Source: Candidatus Binatia bacterium (GTDB lineage Bacteria > Desulfobacterota > Binatia > Bin18). Taken from it: a stretch of 64,000 bases of DNA. Position numbers and translations under genes: made by a program. Where the stretch lies: positions 113,783-177,782 of the forward strand of contig CAXXHG010000046.1 of assembly GCA_963666315.2 (NCBI GenBank), in the 5' to 3' direction. The notes under the pieces were generated by a model that saw only the letters and a program-made list of their open reading frames with translations, was not told the DNA's origin and ran no database searches. Shown here piece after piece: positions 1 to 11,746 of the stretch (within the stretch, counting starts at the first letter, position 1; every line of letters begins with the position of its first letter).

Positions 1-130
1 TACTAGTCTGAGCACTTGGACAAAGCAATGCAACGTACCGGATGTGTCCGCATAGGTCGCACAGGCCACGCGACGATCATCTCATTTCGTCGGCTGTCGA
101 AAAAATGCGGAGATCTTATATTCTCAGGAC

Positions 131-955
131 ATGAACGAACTGCAATCGCAATTCCGTAAAGACGGCGTCGTCTTCATTCAAGGCGCGCTCGACCGCAACA
201 CGCTGAAACTAGCCGAGGCAGCCTTTGACTGGACCTTCAATAATCCGGGGCCTGGCGCTGGGGACCTTCTCATCGGCACACCGGGTACGTTTTATCAGGA
301 CCAGGCGAACCCGGAGTGTTTCGATGCCTACCGTGAACTCTTACAGGACACCTGCATCCCTGATCTCGTAGCCGGGCTACAGGCGAGTGATAACGTATGG
401 TTCTTGTATGAGCAGATCTGGTTTAAGGACGGTGGCAATACACGGCGTACACCCTGGCATCAGGATCTCCCCTATCTCCCCGTCGAGGGCGATGATCTCG
501 GCGTTTTGTGGACGAACTTGGATCCGGTCACGCAGGATACGTCACTGGAACTCGTCCAAGGCTCGCACCGTGGCCCGCTATTTAATCCCACGGCCTTTAA
601 CCCGGACGACGTAAGCGCTGCTTTGTTCGACGAGGGAGTCCTGCCGCCCTTGCCGGATATCGAGGCGGCACCTCACGAGTGGCCCATCGTCTCGTGGGCG
701 ATGCAGCCCGGCGATGTCATCATCTTCCATCCCGCCATGCTGCACGGTGGCGCGCCGACCTACGCAGGCCAGCGTCGCCGGACGCTGTCCGTCCGTTTTT
801 TCGGCGATCATACTTTCTGCTCGGACCTACCCCACAAAGGCTTAGCCGACGTCGACGGACTCAAGCACGGCGGCGACCTGCATCCGCTGAAGAAAATGGC
901 TACCGTTGCGCCAGGGACGCCGTTTCGTCATCCCGATTTTCCCAAACTCAGATAA
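131..955 (+). CDS. Phytanoyl-CoA dioxygenase (PhyH) family Fe(II)/2OG dioxygenase
   Basis: TPWHQD HxD motif, VQGSHRG, GDVIIFH..LHG..RR. Confidence 0.9.
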   Translation: MNELQSQFRKDGVVFIQGALDRNTLKLAEAAFDWTFNNPGPGAGDLLIGTPGTFYQDQANPECFDAYRELLQDTCIPDLVAGLQASDNVWFLYEQIWFKDGGNTRRTPWHQDLPYLPVEGDDLGVLWTNLDPVTQDTSLELVQGSHRGPLFNPTAFNPDDVSAALFDEGVLPPLPDIEAAPHEWPIVSWAMQPGDVIIFHPAMLHGGAPTYAGQRRRTLSVRFFGDHTFCSDLPHKGLADVDGLKHGGDLHPLKKMATVAPGTPFRHPDFPKLR

Positions 956-968
956 TTTGCGCAGGTCC

Positions 969-1361
969 CTACTCAATGACAGCGTCGGCCTCAATCTCAA
1001 TAAGCAAATCCGGATGAGCCAGGCGACTGACTTCGACTGCAGTTGAAGCCGGACGGATGGTACCGAAGACCTCGGAATGCGCTTTCGCCAGCGCGTCGAG
1101 GTGATCCATAATATTCGTGGAAAAGATGCGGGTACGCACCACGTCTTTCATCGACGCCCCAGCCTGTTGCAAAGCCGCTTCAATCGTCTTAAGCGCCTGG
1201 GCTACCTGCGCGTACGGGTCGCCCACGCCGGCAACGCTGCCGTCGGGTTGAATCGCGGTGGAACCCGAGACGAAAACCATATTCCCGACTCTCACGGCCC
1301 GCGAGAAGCCAAAGGTCGGCTCAAACGGAGAACCAGAAGAAATATTTTTCCGAGTCGCCAT
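969..1361 (-). CDS. RidA/YjgF family protein
   Basis: GFSRAVRVGNMVFVSG ... RPASTAVEVSRL..LIEIEA. Confidence 0.92.
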   Translation of the reverse strand: MATRKNISSGSPFEPTFGFSRAVRVGNMVFVSGSTAIQPDGSVAGVGDPYAQVAQALKTIEAALQQAGASMKDVVRTRIFSTNIMDHLDALAKAHSEVFGTIRPASTAVEVSRLAHPDLLIEIEADAVIE

Positions 1362-1446
1362 ACCATACTCCTTTCATCATATTGACTGCGATGCGAAAGC
1401 CCACGGAGTCTGCGTTTACCACAGCGGCCGTCTCTCCATCAAACAT

Positions 1447-1581
1447 CTATTCAAGGATGTAGCGTCGCAATCCTTCGATTGCCGACACCACCCCGGTATG
1501 GCGTCGCTGCCAATGCTCCAGAAACGCGGCAGATGTCATGCCAGGACGGCGGCGAAAAAACTCGGTGAATTTGATAGCCAA
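1447..1581 (-). pseudogene. EthD-family remnant
   Basis: IKFTEFFRRRPGMTSAAFLEHW..RH resembles the N-terminus of the EthD protein at 33479-34150; stops after about 44 codons. Confidence 0.6.
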
Positions 1582-1695
1582 CGTTTCCCTCCTATTTAGA
1601 AAAACCCTATTGCGTAATACAAGTAACGTTACCGTGCCCAAACAAATTGTATTATGCAACTCCACTTCTCAAAACCGAAAGGCAGGATTCACACC

Positions 1696-3579
1696 ATGCT
1701 GAAGCAGCTGTCAAAAATACAGGCCGTACTCCTTCCTCTCTCGTTCTTTCTATTTATAGGCACCGAAACCTGGGCGTCGCGTGATGGCGAAACGATCTAC
1801 AATGGAGAGTGCGCGACCTGTCATACGAGTGGCGCGGAGCGGATGCCAACGTTGCAAACTTTGAAAGCTATGCCGACTGAATCCATTGTCCAATCCTTAG
1901 AATCCGGCACCATGCGGATCATTGGCACCTTTAATCTCAACGGGCCGGAACGTGTTGCCGTTGCTGAGTACATCACTGGCAAAACGTACGATCCTAATTG
2001 GAATGCTCAGCAGCAAAATACATGTACTGACCAAAGCTGGCCGCGCGCAAAAGCTGAAAACACTTTTATCGAACCACACTGGAACGGCTGGGGCAACGGC
2101 CTAGAGAATAGGCGTTTCCAGAATGCCGAGTCTGCCAAACTCAGCCTCAACGATGTGAAAAAGCTTGAACTGCAATGGGCGTTTGCTTTCCCTGGCGAAA
2201 CCATTGCCGAATCGCAACCGACCGTCGTGGGAGGGCGGATCTTCGTTGGCAGTCGAAGCGGCGTGGTGTATTCACTAGACGCCAAAACCGCGTGCATCCA
2301 CTGGACCTATCAAGCCGACGGACCGGTGAAAAATTCAGTCCTTATTGGTGAAGCCACAGTTGGCAGTGCACAGCAGCTGGTCGCCTACTTTGGCGATCTT
2401 GGCGGCAACGCCTATGCAGTCAATGCACAAGACGGACGCCTGCTATGGCGCAAGCGAGTCGACGATCACCCAGCTGCGCGCATTATGGGTAGTTTTCAGT
2501 TGATCGGGAATCAGCTTATTGTCCCGGTGACTTCTCTTGAGTCCACCCTTGTTGCAAAGGTTGCTGCCACTTGCTGTACATTCCGTGGCAGCGTCGTGTC
2601 CTATGACGCGAGCAGTGGCGAACAACGCTGGAAGCGATACACCATCGACCAGGAACCCGCAAAGGTCGGGGAGAATGCCAACGGCGCGGACATCTATGGA
2701 CCTGCTGGTGCCACGGTGTGGACGGCACCGACTTTTGATGCCAAGAAGCGCTTGCTGTATATCGGTACGGGCGAGAATTCCGTCAACCCGCCGACAACAA
2801 CGAGTGACGCTGTGCTTGCCGTCAACGTTGACACCTCGGATGTCGTGTGGACCTACTAGGGTTTGAGCGGAGATGCCTGGAATATGTCCTGTGGGACGGA
2901 GGACAAAGTCAATTGTCCTCAAGACGCCGGCCCTGACTATGACATGGGCAGTTCGCCGAGCTTATCCACGCTCGCAAATGGGAAGCGCGTGCTGATTGCA
3001 ACCCAAAAGTCGGGAGTAGTGCATGCCCTGGACCCCGATGACAATGGGAAACTGCTGTGGCAGCGACAAGTCGCCCAAGGCGGTATTCTGGGCGGGATCG
3101 AATGGGGGCCGGCGACTGATGGTAAAAACATCTACGTAGCCATTGCCGACATTAGCTGGGACAGTGAAGACCTGCTCGACCCCGCTTTGGCCCTGAACCC
3201 CAATGCAGGCGGTGGCCTGGTAGCGCTCGACCTTGCAGACGGACACGTGGTGTGGGAAGCGCCTGCGATCACCTGTGGGGACCGCCCGCAGTGCAGCCCA
3301 GCCCAAACAGCGGCCGTGACTGCGATCCCGGGTGTCGTGTTCGCCGGTTCGATCAGTGGTCATTTGCGTGCGTTCGACACGCGGGACGGTAGGGTGCTCT
3401 GGACATACGACACCGCGCGCACGTACCAAACCGTGAATAAAGCCAAGGGCAAGGGCGGTGCGCTCGATGCCACAGGCCCAGTAGTGGTCGACGGCTGGAT
3501 GTACGTTGTCTCCGGCTACAGCAAATGGGGCGGGCTACCAGGCAACGTCCTGCTTGCCTTTGCTCCGGCCAAGGAGTAG
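1696..3579 (+). pseudogene. Cytochrome c + PQQ beta-propeller dehydrogenase (polyvinyl-alcohol dehydrogenase-like), one in-frame TAG at 2857-2859
   Basis: Signal peptide, CATCH heme motif, PQQ repeats, CCTFRG; ORFs 1654-2859 and 2863-3579 are in the same frame (VWTY*GLSGDAWN). Confidence 0.85.
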
Positions 3580-3790
3580 TCAGGACCTTTTCTCTTGAAG
3601 GAGAAGGTGTCAGCTCATCTAGCCTGAGTGCTTCAACGCGATGCGTTGACAGGGCCAATCAGGGTGCTATGGGCAGAAGTAAGAAGCAGTGGGAAAAACC
3701 GCTGCACGAGCAGCTGTAGAGCCGTGCTCTAATACGGTATAGGTCGGTCCGATTCATGTTGGGTCAACGTTCTCCCGACGGAGGAGTCCT

Positions 3791-4930
3791 ATGAAGTTCG
3801 GTGTCTTTCTCCCTAACGGCAGTAATGGCTATATTATGAGCAAGGCGATTACGCCGTATATGCCGACGTGGGAGCTGAACAGAGATATTACCCTTGAAGC
3901 GGAGCGCTTCGGGTTTGATTTCGTCTTATCCATGATAAAATTTCGCGGGTTCGGTGGCGAGACAGGGTATTGGGATGGGTGCCTGGAGTCGTTTTCGCTT
4001 ACCTCAGCTTTAGCCACAGTAACGAAGCGGATCGGATTGATTCCGACTGCGCCGCTCCTAGCGCTTCATCCTGCCTATGTGGCTCGGACAATGGCAACGC
4101 TGGACGACATTAGCGGTGGTCGTGTCGCGCTCAATATTGTCACGGGATGGAATAAGCCCGAGTATGCCCAGATGGGTCTGTGGCGCGGTGATGAGTATTA
4201 CGAGCAACGCTATGCGTATGCGCTCGACTACGTACACGTACTACGAACCCTCTGGAGAGACGGGACAATGACTCACCACAGTCCGTACTTTGATCTGGAC
4301 GACTGCCAGTGTTTGCCCACGCCCACGCACGAGATTCCCCTCGTTTCCGCGGGGCAGTCGAGTGCTGGCCAAGATTTTGTCTCTCGGATTGGTGGACACA
4401 GTTTTGCGATGGTTGCCCCCGACCGGCTGCATGCTATCGCCTCCGGCCTCAAGCAAGCGGGAGCCAAGTACGGTACGCGGGTGGGCATCTACGGATTGTT
4501 TCAAATTGTCGCAGCAGAAACCGACGACCAAGCCTGGCAGACGGCCGCAGATATCGTGGCCGGAGGCGATATAGAAGCAATCAAGTCGCTGGTTTATTCC
4601 GCAAGTCTGGATACGGTCAAGGGTGGCACCTCGGGCCAGTTCCGGAATGAAGACGCTGGCGCTGATGAAGACTTGCTGGCCGGGGACATTGAGGCCGGGA
4701 ATATGGTTTTTATGAATGTGCCCGTCCTGGTGGGCTCATATGAGACGATCGCCCGAAAGATCGACAATATTTCCAAGGATCAGAACATTGAGGGTATGTT
4801 ATTCACCTGGCCGGACTGGGTCGCAGGGATTCAAACTTTTGGCGATCGTATATTACCGCTGCTCAACTGTCGGAAAGATTGGGATGGTGCAACCATGGGA
4901 GACCTACGGACACTCCGAGCCGACTTCTGA
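3791..4930 (+). CDS. LLM-class flavin monooxygenase, RutA-like
   Basis: MKFGVFLPNGSNG, SMIKFRGFGGET, SAGQS. Confidence 0.88.
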   Translation: MKFGVFLPNGSNGYIMSKAITPYMPTWELNRDITLEAERFGFDFVLSMIKFRGFGGETGYWDGCLESFSLTSALATVTKRIGLIPTAPLLALHPAYVARTMATLDDISGGRVALNIVTGWNKPEYAQMGLWRGDEYYEQRYAYALDYVHVLRTLWRDGTMTHHSPYFDLDDCQCLPTPTHEIPLVSAGQSSAGQDFVSRIGGHSFAMVAPDRLHAIASGLKQAGAKYGTRVGIYGLFQIVAAETDDQAWQTAADIVAGGDIEAIKSLVYSASLDTVKGGTSGQFRNEDAGADEDLLAGDIEAGNMVFMNVPVLVGSYETIARKIDNISKDQNIEGMLFTWPDWVAGIQTFGDRILPLLNCRKDWDGATMGDLRTLRADF

Positions 4931-4970
4931 ATCATTCTCCTCTTATCCATCGATTCAAAAGGAAAAAACC

Positions 4971-6573
4971 ATGCAAAAATCGACGCGCGGAGCCCCAGGT
5001 ATGACGGCGCAGGAAGATCATACCGGCAATGGCCAAGCACCACATCAGTCCAAGGATACACAGCCAAGAGTCGTACGCGAGCCGCCAACGGGCAAGGAAT
5101 TTCTGGAAGGGCTGCGCGACGGGCGCGTCATCTATTTTGATGGTGAGTTAGTCAAAGATGTCACCACCCATCCGGCCTTTGCCACCAGCGCCCGTTCGTA
5201 TGCCCGCATGTACGACACGCTGCATGACCCAGAGAAGTATGATGTGTTGACCTACGTAACTGAGCGAGGCGCCCGTTCACATAAGTTCTACAAGCTGCCA
5301 CGTACTCACCAAGACCTCTTCGAGGCGCGGGATGCGATCGCCGAGTGGGCACGACTACAAGGCCGCGTTAGTCGGGACCCTGGCCTGTGACGTAGACTTC
5401 TACGGTGAGTACGCTCCGAACGTACAGCGTTGGTATGAAAAGATCGCCGATGAGGTGATGTTCGTCAATCTGAGTCTGGTCAATCCAGCTGGCGACCGTT
5501 CAAAGCCACCGGCTGAGCAGCGCGATGTCTACATGCACGTCGTTAAAGAGCGAGACGATGGCATTGTTGTTCGTGTTGCTCGCATGGTCTCCACTGGGGC
5601 CGCCTTCAGCCATGTCGCCTATATGAGCCAGTATATCCAGCCGGCGGGACTGGCTGAGAACGAAGAAGACTTCGCGATCGGCTTCTTCGTGCCCTTCAAT
5701 GTCCCAGGCCTCACGTTCATGGGCCGGTACTCCCACGAATATCTGGCTAAAAAGATCGGCTCTCCTTTTGACTACCCGCTCTCCAGCCGGTTTGACGAGT
5801 CTGATCTGAGTATCGTGCTCGACGACGTGTTTATCCCCTGGGAAGATGTGACTGTGTACCGCAACCCTGCGGTTGTGAACGGTCTCTTCCCGCGAGGCTT
5901 TGCCCGGCGGTTTGCCTTCCACGCTGCTGCACGGACTGCAGTCAAGCTCGATTTTATCTGCGGCCTGTTCCTCCAGGCGACAGAGATGCAGCAGAAGACC
6001 GGCTTCCGCGAGGTACAAGCGGTGATCGGCGAGTTACTCGGCATGCGGCACAATATCTGGGCCCTCTCCACGGCAATGGCCGCCGATGCCGAGCCTGGGC
6101 CAGGGGGGTATTTGCTGCCAAAGACAGAGTACGCACTCCAGTGGCGCAATATTTACGGCGACACCTTTAGCCGGGCTCGGACCATGTTTCACAATCTGCT
6201 GTCCGGCAACTTGATCCAGATTCCTTCTTCGGCTCAGGACTTCAAGAATCCAGACAGTCGACCATTACTTGACCGTTACTGGAAAGGCGCGACCGCCACG
6301 GCGGAGGAACGGGTGAAGCTGTTGCGCGTGATCTGGGATATGTTTTTGACAGAGTTCGCTGGCCGGACAGAGGCCCACGAACGCAACTTCGCCGGCGGCT
6401 ACGAAGCGAATCGGGTCGAGACATACCAAGCGGCAGAGCATTCGGGCCTGAATTCCAAGATGAAAGCCATGGTCGACGAATGCATGAGTCACTACGATCT
6501 CGACGGCTGGACGGATTCTACGTGGGCAGACGTGCCCTGGTCGACCTCGGATTCAAAACCAGATTCAGAATAG
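4971..6573 (+). pseudogene. 4-hydroxyphenylacetate 3-hydroxylase (HpaB) family oxygenase, frameshifted by a short deletion near 5355
   Basis: TGKEFLEGLRDGR..DVTTHPAF in one frame; DYKAA..YPLSSRFDESD in the next; the usual GRSP segment is missing. Confidence 0.85.
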
Positions 6574-6609
6574 GCAGACTGTCTGGCCAGCAACTAAAGG
6601 AACCAGCAT

Positions 6610-7890
6610 TCAGTCAGCTACGCCCTCGGCTGGCATACTTTCAGGTTCCCACACAATCGGCCGAATCGGAACGGTCAACAGAATGATCGAACAGACAACG
6701 CCGACACCTGCGGAAACAAAAAACGGCAGTAGCCAATTACCATCACCCGCGAGCATATAGCCCGCGCTCAGCGGTCCCAGAAATCCAGCGAATGTTCCCA
6801 AGGTGTTAATAAAGCCAAATATCGCACCAGCCAAATTCGGATTAAATTCCATCGCCACGGTCGAAAAGCCAGACAACGCAGTCGTAAAACAGGTGTAGAA
6901 GAGAACCAGGAAGACGACACATACTCCGGCCGATGGAGTCAGCGCAGCAGTTAATAAACAGGGGACTGCGCATGCAACGCCTATCCCCCCTAATCGCAGA
7001 CGGGCAAACTCAGCGCTCCAGCCCTTCCGCAACAGATAATCTGCCAGCGCGCCACCGCCAACCAGTCCAATAAACCCGCCCCCATGCACAAAAACACCGA
7101 GCGTCCCCATGGCCATGAGTGTAAAACCTCGTGCTTCTACCAAATAGGTCGGAAACCAAAACAAAAACAGCCAACCAATATAGGCAAAACACATAAAACC
7201 AAGCGCAATCACCAGCAGCGACCAGTTAGTAAAGAGAAGCCCAAGCGGTAGCGGCACCTTCGGCTTGGGACTGACATGCGCCGCAATATAACTCTGTTCC
7301 TCAGCCGTAACGCTGGCATGGGTTTCAGGAGAATCCGTCGCATACCAGAGCCAGATAAAAATCCACACGATTCCCAGGATGGCATTCACATAAAAAACCA
7401 TATGCCACGAACTGTGCAGAATAATCCAGGTCGTGAGCGGATAGGCCACCATCTGGCCGACTGTAATACCGGAGATGCTGATATTATGAGCCAGGCCAAA
7501 CTCAGAGCGTGGAATCCAGCGGGCATTGATCGATGCCATAGCCGGGAATGTCATGGACTCGAACACGCCGACCAAAAAACGATACGCTAACAGCAGAGCA
7601 AACGCCCGCTCGGCAAACGGAGTCAAAAAGGTAAACACTGAAAAGCCCAAAAAAGCGAGGGCCAAAACCTTGCGGCCACTCCAGCGATCCGCCAGCACGC
7701 CGCCCGGCAGCTGTCCGCTGGCATAGCCAATCAAAAAGATTGAAAACACCCAGCCGAAGAGGTCTTTATCCCACCCTGTGGCCGCCATTATGACCGGAGC
7801 CGCAACAGAGATATTGACCCGATCGATGTAATTAATGACCGAGCTGCAAAACAGGAGCCCAATCATGTTGTAGCGAACCGGCCAAGCCAT
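6610..7890 (-). CDS. MFS transporter (anion:cation symporter-like)
   Basis: INYIDRVNISVAAP, GVLADRWSGRK, about 12 hydrophobic segments; start placed at ATG 7890. Confidence 0.9.
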   Translation of the reverse strand: MAWPVRYNMIGLLFCSSVINYIDRVNISVAAPVIMAATGWDKDLFGWVFSIFLIGYASGQLPGGVLADRWSGRKVLALAFLGFSVFTFLTPFAERAFALLLAYRFLVGVFESMTFPAMASINARWIPRSEFGLAHNISISGITVGQMVAYPLTTWIILHSSWHMVFYVNAILGIVWIFIWLWYATDSPETHASVTAEEQSYIAAHVSPKPKVPLPLGLLFTNWSLLVIALGFMCFAYIGWLFLFWFPTYLVEARGFTLMAMGTLGVFVHGGGFIGLVGGGALADYLLRKGWSAEFARLRLGGIGVACAVPCLLTAALTPSAGVCVVFLVLFYTCFTTALSGFSTVAMEFNPNLAGAIFGFINTLGTFAGFLGPLSAGYMLAGDGNWLLPFFVSAGVGVVCSIILLTVPIRPIVWEPESMPAEGVAD

Positions 7891-7936
7891 TATTCTTGCC
7901 TGCTTCCTTGAATCCGAGCCGTGCTCCCACGTGCTC

Positions 7937-9031
7937 TTACCATGTCCCCCTGCGCTGAGAGCCGCCTGGGCCGCTATAGGAGGCAGTATAGCCCGGCTCA
8001 CGCTGGAACAGATCTTTCGGAATCGTATCGACCGCTTGTTTCCAGGCTGCGACTAATCGATCCTCGGCTGCATAGTCAAACGGATCTTGCAGCATCGTTT
8101 CCTCTCGCCCCCCACGTTCCAGTGGATTGTCGCGCAGCCACACCGCGGCCTGTTTGATACCTTCAACTGGCAAGACAATATCCCGATAGCCCAGCTCTGA
8201 TTTTATTTTGGTGAGATCAAACACGCGGTGGGTCGTCCAGGGTTGTGTGATTAAGGGCCTGGCGCTTATGGCCAGCTCGTACGGCATCGAAACAATCTCC
8301 CACACGTGATCGAGAGCTTCAGCACACAGTTGCACCACTTGTTTCAGAGTTAAGACATGATCATCCCCACAGTTGTACACCTGTCCGGCTGCAACCTCGG
8401 GTTGATCCACGGCCAGCAGCAAGGCGTGAGCGACGTTAGCAGCCGCCCCAGAGTGGTTCAGCGATAAACCGTCATCGGGAATGATGATGGAAGAACGTTT
8501 GTCCACTATACGTCGGACAATGGGCCATTCTCGCGGGACGACTTGATACGCTCCATAGATTTGAGGATAGCGAAAATGAGTGGCGCTGGGGTGGTGTTTG
8601 AATACCACTTCCTCCGAGCGATACACCCGGAAGCCTTTGCCATCTTCGGCTTCGCTCGCAGTCTTGGTCGCATCTTCGGCAGTGGGTACAGGTAGTCCCG
8701 GAGGTTGAACCATGTCGGCATTCATATAGCCTCGGTAAGCGGGCCCCCCACCAACCGAGATAAACCGCTCAGTCCGACCGACCATAATCTCGACCACCCG
8801 ACGCAAGCGGCCGTACATGGCCATGGTCAGATCAAAATGAGAATCGCCAAGGGCATCAATCAATGCCTGGTCATCAAACGGGTTAGTATGAAGGTGGACC
8901 ACAGATTCAGGAATCTCATCCACCTCGTGGTTGCCGGTATGCAAAATAGACACATCGAATCCGCGCTCGATCAATCCATTGACGATAAAGTGCCCCGTCG
9001 GTCCAGTCCCACCGATGACTAAGGCCTGCAT
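7937..9031 (-). CDS. NAD-dependent epimerase/dehydratase family protein
   Basis: ALVIGGTGPTG Rossmann motif, FRYPQIYG. Confidence 0.8.
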   Translation of the reverse strand: MQALVIGGTGPTGHFIVNGLIERGFDVSILHTGNHEVDEIPESVVHLHTNPFDDQALIDALGDSHFDLTMAMYGRLRRVVEIMVGRTERFISVGGGPAYRGYMNADMVQPPGLPVPTAEDATKTASEAEDGKGFRVYRSEEVVFKHHPSATHFRYPQIYGAYQVVPREWPIVRRIVDKRSSIIIPDDGLSLNHSGAAANVAHALLLAVDQPEVAAGQVYNCGDDHVLTLKQVVQLCAEALDHVWEIVSMPYELAISARPLITQPWTTHRVFDLTKIKSELGYRDIVLPVEGIKQAAVWLRDNPLERGGREETMLQDPFDYAAEDRLVAAWKQAVDTIPKDLFQREPGYTASYSGPGGSQRRGTW

Positions 9032-9130
9032 TGTTGTTTCACTCCAGTATTCTCTTCATTTATTCCCTAGCCTCGGCATCACCTGGCGATGATCGCTAGG
9101 AGGGGCCGATCTCGATTATGTGACGCATTA

Positions 9131-9161
9131 CCCGGATTCCACTCCGTTCCATCCAGGCTAC
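9131..9161 (-). repeat. GTAG-type REP (GTAGCCTGGATGGAACGGAGTGGAATCCGGG)
   Basis: Near-identical copies at 40784-40815 and 42422-42453. Confidence 0.85.
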
Positions 9162-9189
9162 GCTATTTGACTTGCTCTCTCCGTTTTCT

Positions 9190-10983
9190 CTACCTGGGAA
9201 TAATCGGCAGTAGGACATACGATGCGCGGTCATCCTGATGGAACACGGTCTGCTGGGCTGACACCCACTGTGTTCCCTCGCCAAACGGCTCGCCCGTATT
9301 CAGGTTGCGATCAAACTCGGGGAAATGGCTGGAGCTGATTTCTAGCCGGATGCGATGGCCCGGCAAGAAGACGTTACTCGTCGCCCATAGATCAATCATA
9401 AACTGATACGGCTTGCCCACTTCCAGCAATTCAGGCGTGCTCGCCGAGTCCCGATAGCGGGCCCGGATAATGCCATTAAGCAGATTCTGCGCGTAACCGT
9501 CTGGATGGACATCAATCAGTTTGGCCGTGAAGTCAGTATCAACGGCTGAAGAGGATGCCCACAACGTAACCGTTACTGGTCCGGTAATTTCCAACGACTG
9601 GGTGAGCGGTTCGGAGGTATAGACGAGGACGTCATTGCGTTCTTCGACCGGGCGTTGGTCCTGGACACCCATATCAACCGTAAGATTATTGCCGCCCAGC
9701 GACGGAGCAGGATTGTCGGGGTCATAGACATAGGTGTCTATCTGTTCCTGGCTGGGCGGGACGGTTGAGAGCGTCCCATTGCCGTTCAGTGTGTTCGCCT
9801 CGCCGCCACTGTGTAGGAAGTAACGAACCTGGCGCATATTGGGCGGTGGCCAATTGGACAGATGCTGCCAGCGGTTCTCACCAAGAGTGAAGACGCTGAC
9901 CGGCGGCTCGTCCATCATGCCGTTGTCCACATCTTTGAGCCAATAGTCAAACCAGCGCAGCAAGGTTTCATTCAGGTCGATCAAGGCATTCGGACCAAAA
10001 TCAATATCGCCTGCGCCACGTGAACTCGGCGTGGTATACGGCAGCAAGTGACCCCATGGTCCGATGATCAGCCGTTGGCCGCCCCTCGCCGCTTCAGACT
10101 GGCTTTTGGCGGTGATGCTCTGATAGGCGGCTGGCCCACCCTCAGCAAACGTATCGTACCATGAGGTAACGTGCAGCATGGGCGTACTGATCGTCTCAGC
10201 AAAGTGGTTCACATTGGCCCGGTACCAGTACTCGCCGTCGTCGGCATGCGCGATATGATCCGCCATATACGGGGCGGTTTCTTTGAGCAGCTCGCCCCAG
10301 TCTTTGATTGGCAAGTGCCGATACCATTCATCAGTCAGCGGGGTGAACGCGTTTAAGCCCCAGCGGGTCGTCCGTACTCCGGCTAACTCACCGCCTTCAA
10401 CATACTCCTTCATTTTTTCCATCAGATCTCTGCGCCCTTGGCGTTTGAGCGTGTCCAGACCCTTGAATATGGCATACGGCACCATCCAGCCCCACTTCGA
10501 CACCCCGCCGGTCTGGTAGATCCAACTGGCATGGTAGTCAGCCGAGGCCGAGACTGGAGCCATGCACTGCAGGGACGGCGGCATAGGGTCATTACACGCA
10601 ATCAGATATTGCGTCAGCCCCAAATAAGATTGGCCCGTCATCCCTACCCGTCCATTTGACCACGGCAACCGGGCTGCCCATTCGACGGCATCGTAGCCGT
10701 CGGGCGCTTCTTGAAAGATCGTGTCGTATTCGCCTTCAGACTCAAAACGGCCGCGACAGTCCTGGGTAATACAGACATAGCCATACTGGGCATACGAGGC
10801 ATTCAGTCCATTGGGATCGGCGGAGCCCTTTTTGCCGTACGGGGTGCGGCTTAGCAGGACGGGAAAACGCTCGGCCGAGTCCGGCCGGACCACATCAGCA
10901 TACAGCGTGAGCCCATCTCGTGTCTTCATGGGGACATTTTCTTCGGTAGTGACTTTGTATTGTTTGCGCGCTGGGACGATCAT
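9190..10983 (-). CDS. CocE/NonD family hydrolase
   Basis: RTPYGK, QDCRGRFESEG, GQSYLG, IGPWGH; GAGGAGG RBS before ATG 10983. Confidence 0.93.
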   Translation of the reverse strand: MIVPARKQYKVTTEENVPMKTRDGLTLYADVVRPDSAERFPVLLSRTPYGKKGSADPNGLNASYAQYGYVCITQDCRGRFESEGEYDTIFQEAPDGYDAVEWAARLPWSNGRVGMTGQSYLGLTQYLIACNDPMPPSLQCMAPVSASADYHASWIYQTGGVSKWGWMVPYAIFKGLDTLKRQGRRDLMEKMKEYVEGGELAGVRTTRWGLNAFTPLTDEWYRHLPIKDWGELLKETAPYMADHIAHADDGEYWYRANVNHFAETISTPMLHVTSWYDTFAEGGPAAYQSITAKSQSEAARGGQRLIIGPWGHLLPYTTPSSRGAGDIDFGPNALIDLNETLLRWFDYWLKDVDNGMMDEPPVSVFTLGENRWQHLSNWPPPNMRQVRYFLHSGGEANTLNGNGTLSTVPPSQEQIDTYVYDPDNPAPSLGGNNLTVDMGVQDQRPVEERNDVLVYTSEPLTQSLEITGPVTVTLWASSSAVDTDFTAKLIDVHPDGYAQNLLNGIIRARYRDSASTPELLEVGKPYQFMIDLWATSNVFLPGHRIRLEISSSHFPEFDRNLNTGEPFGEGTQWVSAQQTVFHQDDRASYVLLPIIPR

Positions 10984-11096
10984 ACCTGGCTCCTCCTCAG
11001 TATGCTTCATAGCACGTATGCGTCATACCACCTCAACAATGCGCGCGATACAATTGATACTGCTTCTTTTTGATGCGTATCCATGTAACCAATCCC

Positions 11097-11158
11097 GTAG
11101 GTCGGGTTAGCGTAGCGTAACCCGACACATCAGACTCGGTGCGCAGGCCGCACCCTAC
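11097..11158. repeat. Inverted doublet of GTAG-type REPs
   Basis: GTAG-GTCGGGTTA..TAACCCGAC hairpin, then GGTGCG..CGCACC-CTAC; related units at 16972, 48931, 51938, 60363. Confidence 0.85.
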
Positions 11159-11746
11159 GGGAAGAGTTGTACTGTGACAGTCGAAGAGATAAATAATCCC
11201 AGAGGCTAACCTATGACGTTCGATGAGGTATTGGATCAGGTCCGCGACTTATTGCAGCAACGCGGGCGGGTGACCTATCGGTCACTCAAGCTGCGCTTTC
11301 AGCTGGACGATGAAATGCTCGCAGGTGTGAGCGAAGAGCTCATCGAAGCCGAGCGGGCGGCACGGGACGATAATGGGAAAGTCCTCGTCTGGACCGGCGG
11401 CGATGAAGCAGCCGCTACGCCAAGTGATACTCCACCCCTTACACCAACTTCCCCGGTGAAATCCTTGAAGCTGGAAGCTGAGCGGCGACAGCTGACGGTC
11501 ATGTTCTGTGACTTGGTCAGCTCGACAGCCCTTTCGGAGCAACTCGACCCCGAAGAGCTACGGGAGATAGTGCGCGCCTACCAACAAACCAGTGCAAAAG
11601 TCATTGAACGCTACGAGGGTTATATCGCCCAATATCTGGGCGACGGCATACTTGTGTACTTCGGTTACCCGACTGCTCATGAAGATGATGCCGCGGGAGC
11701 CGCACGGGCCGGGTTGGAAATTGTTGCTGCATTACAAAAGCGAAAC

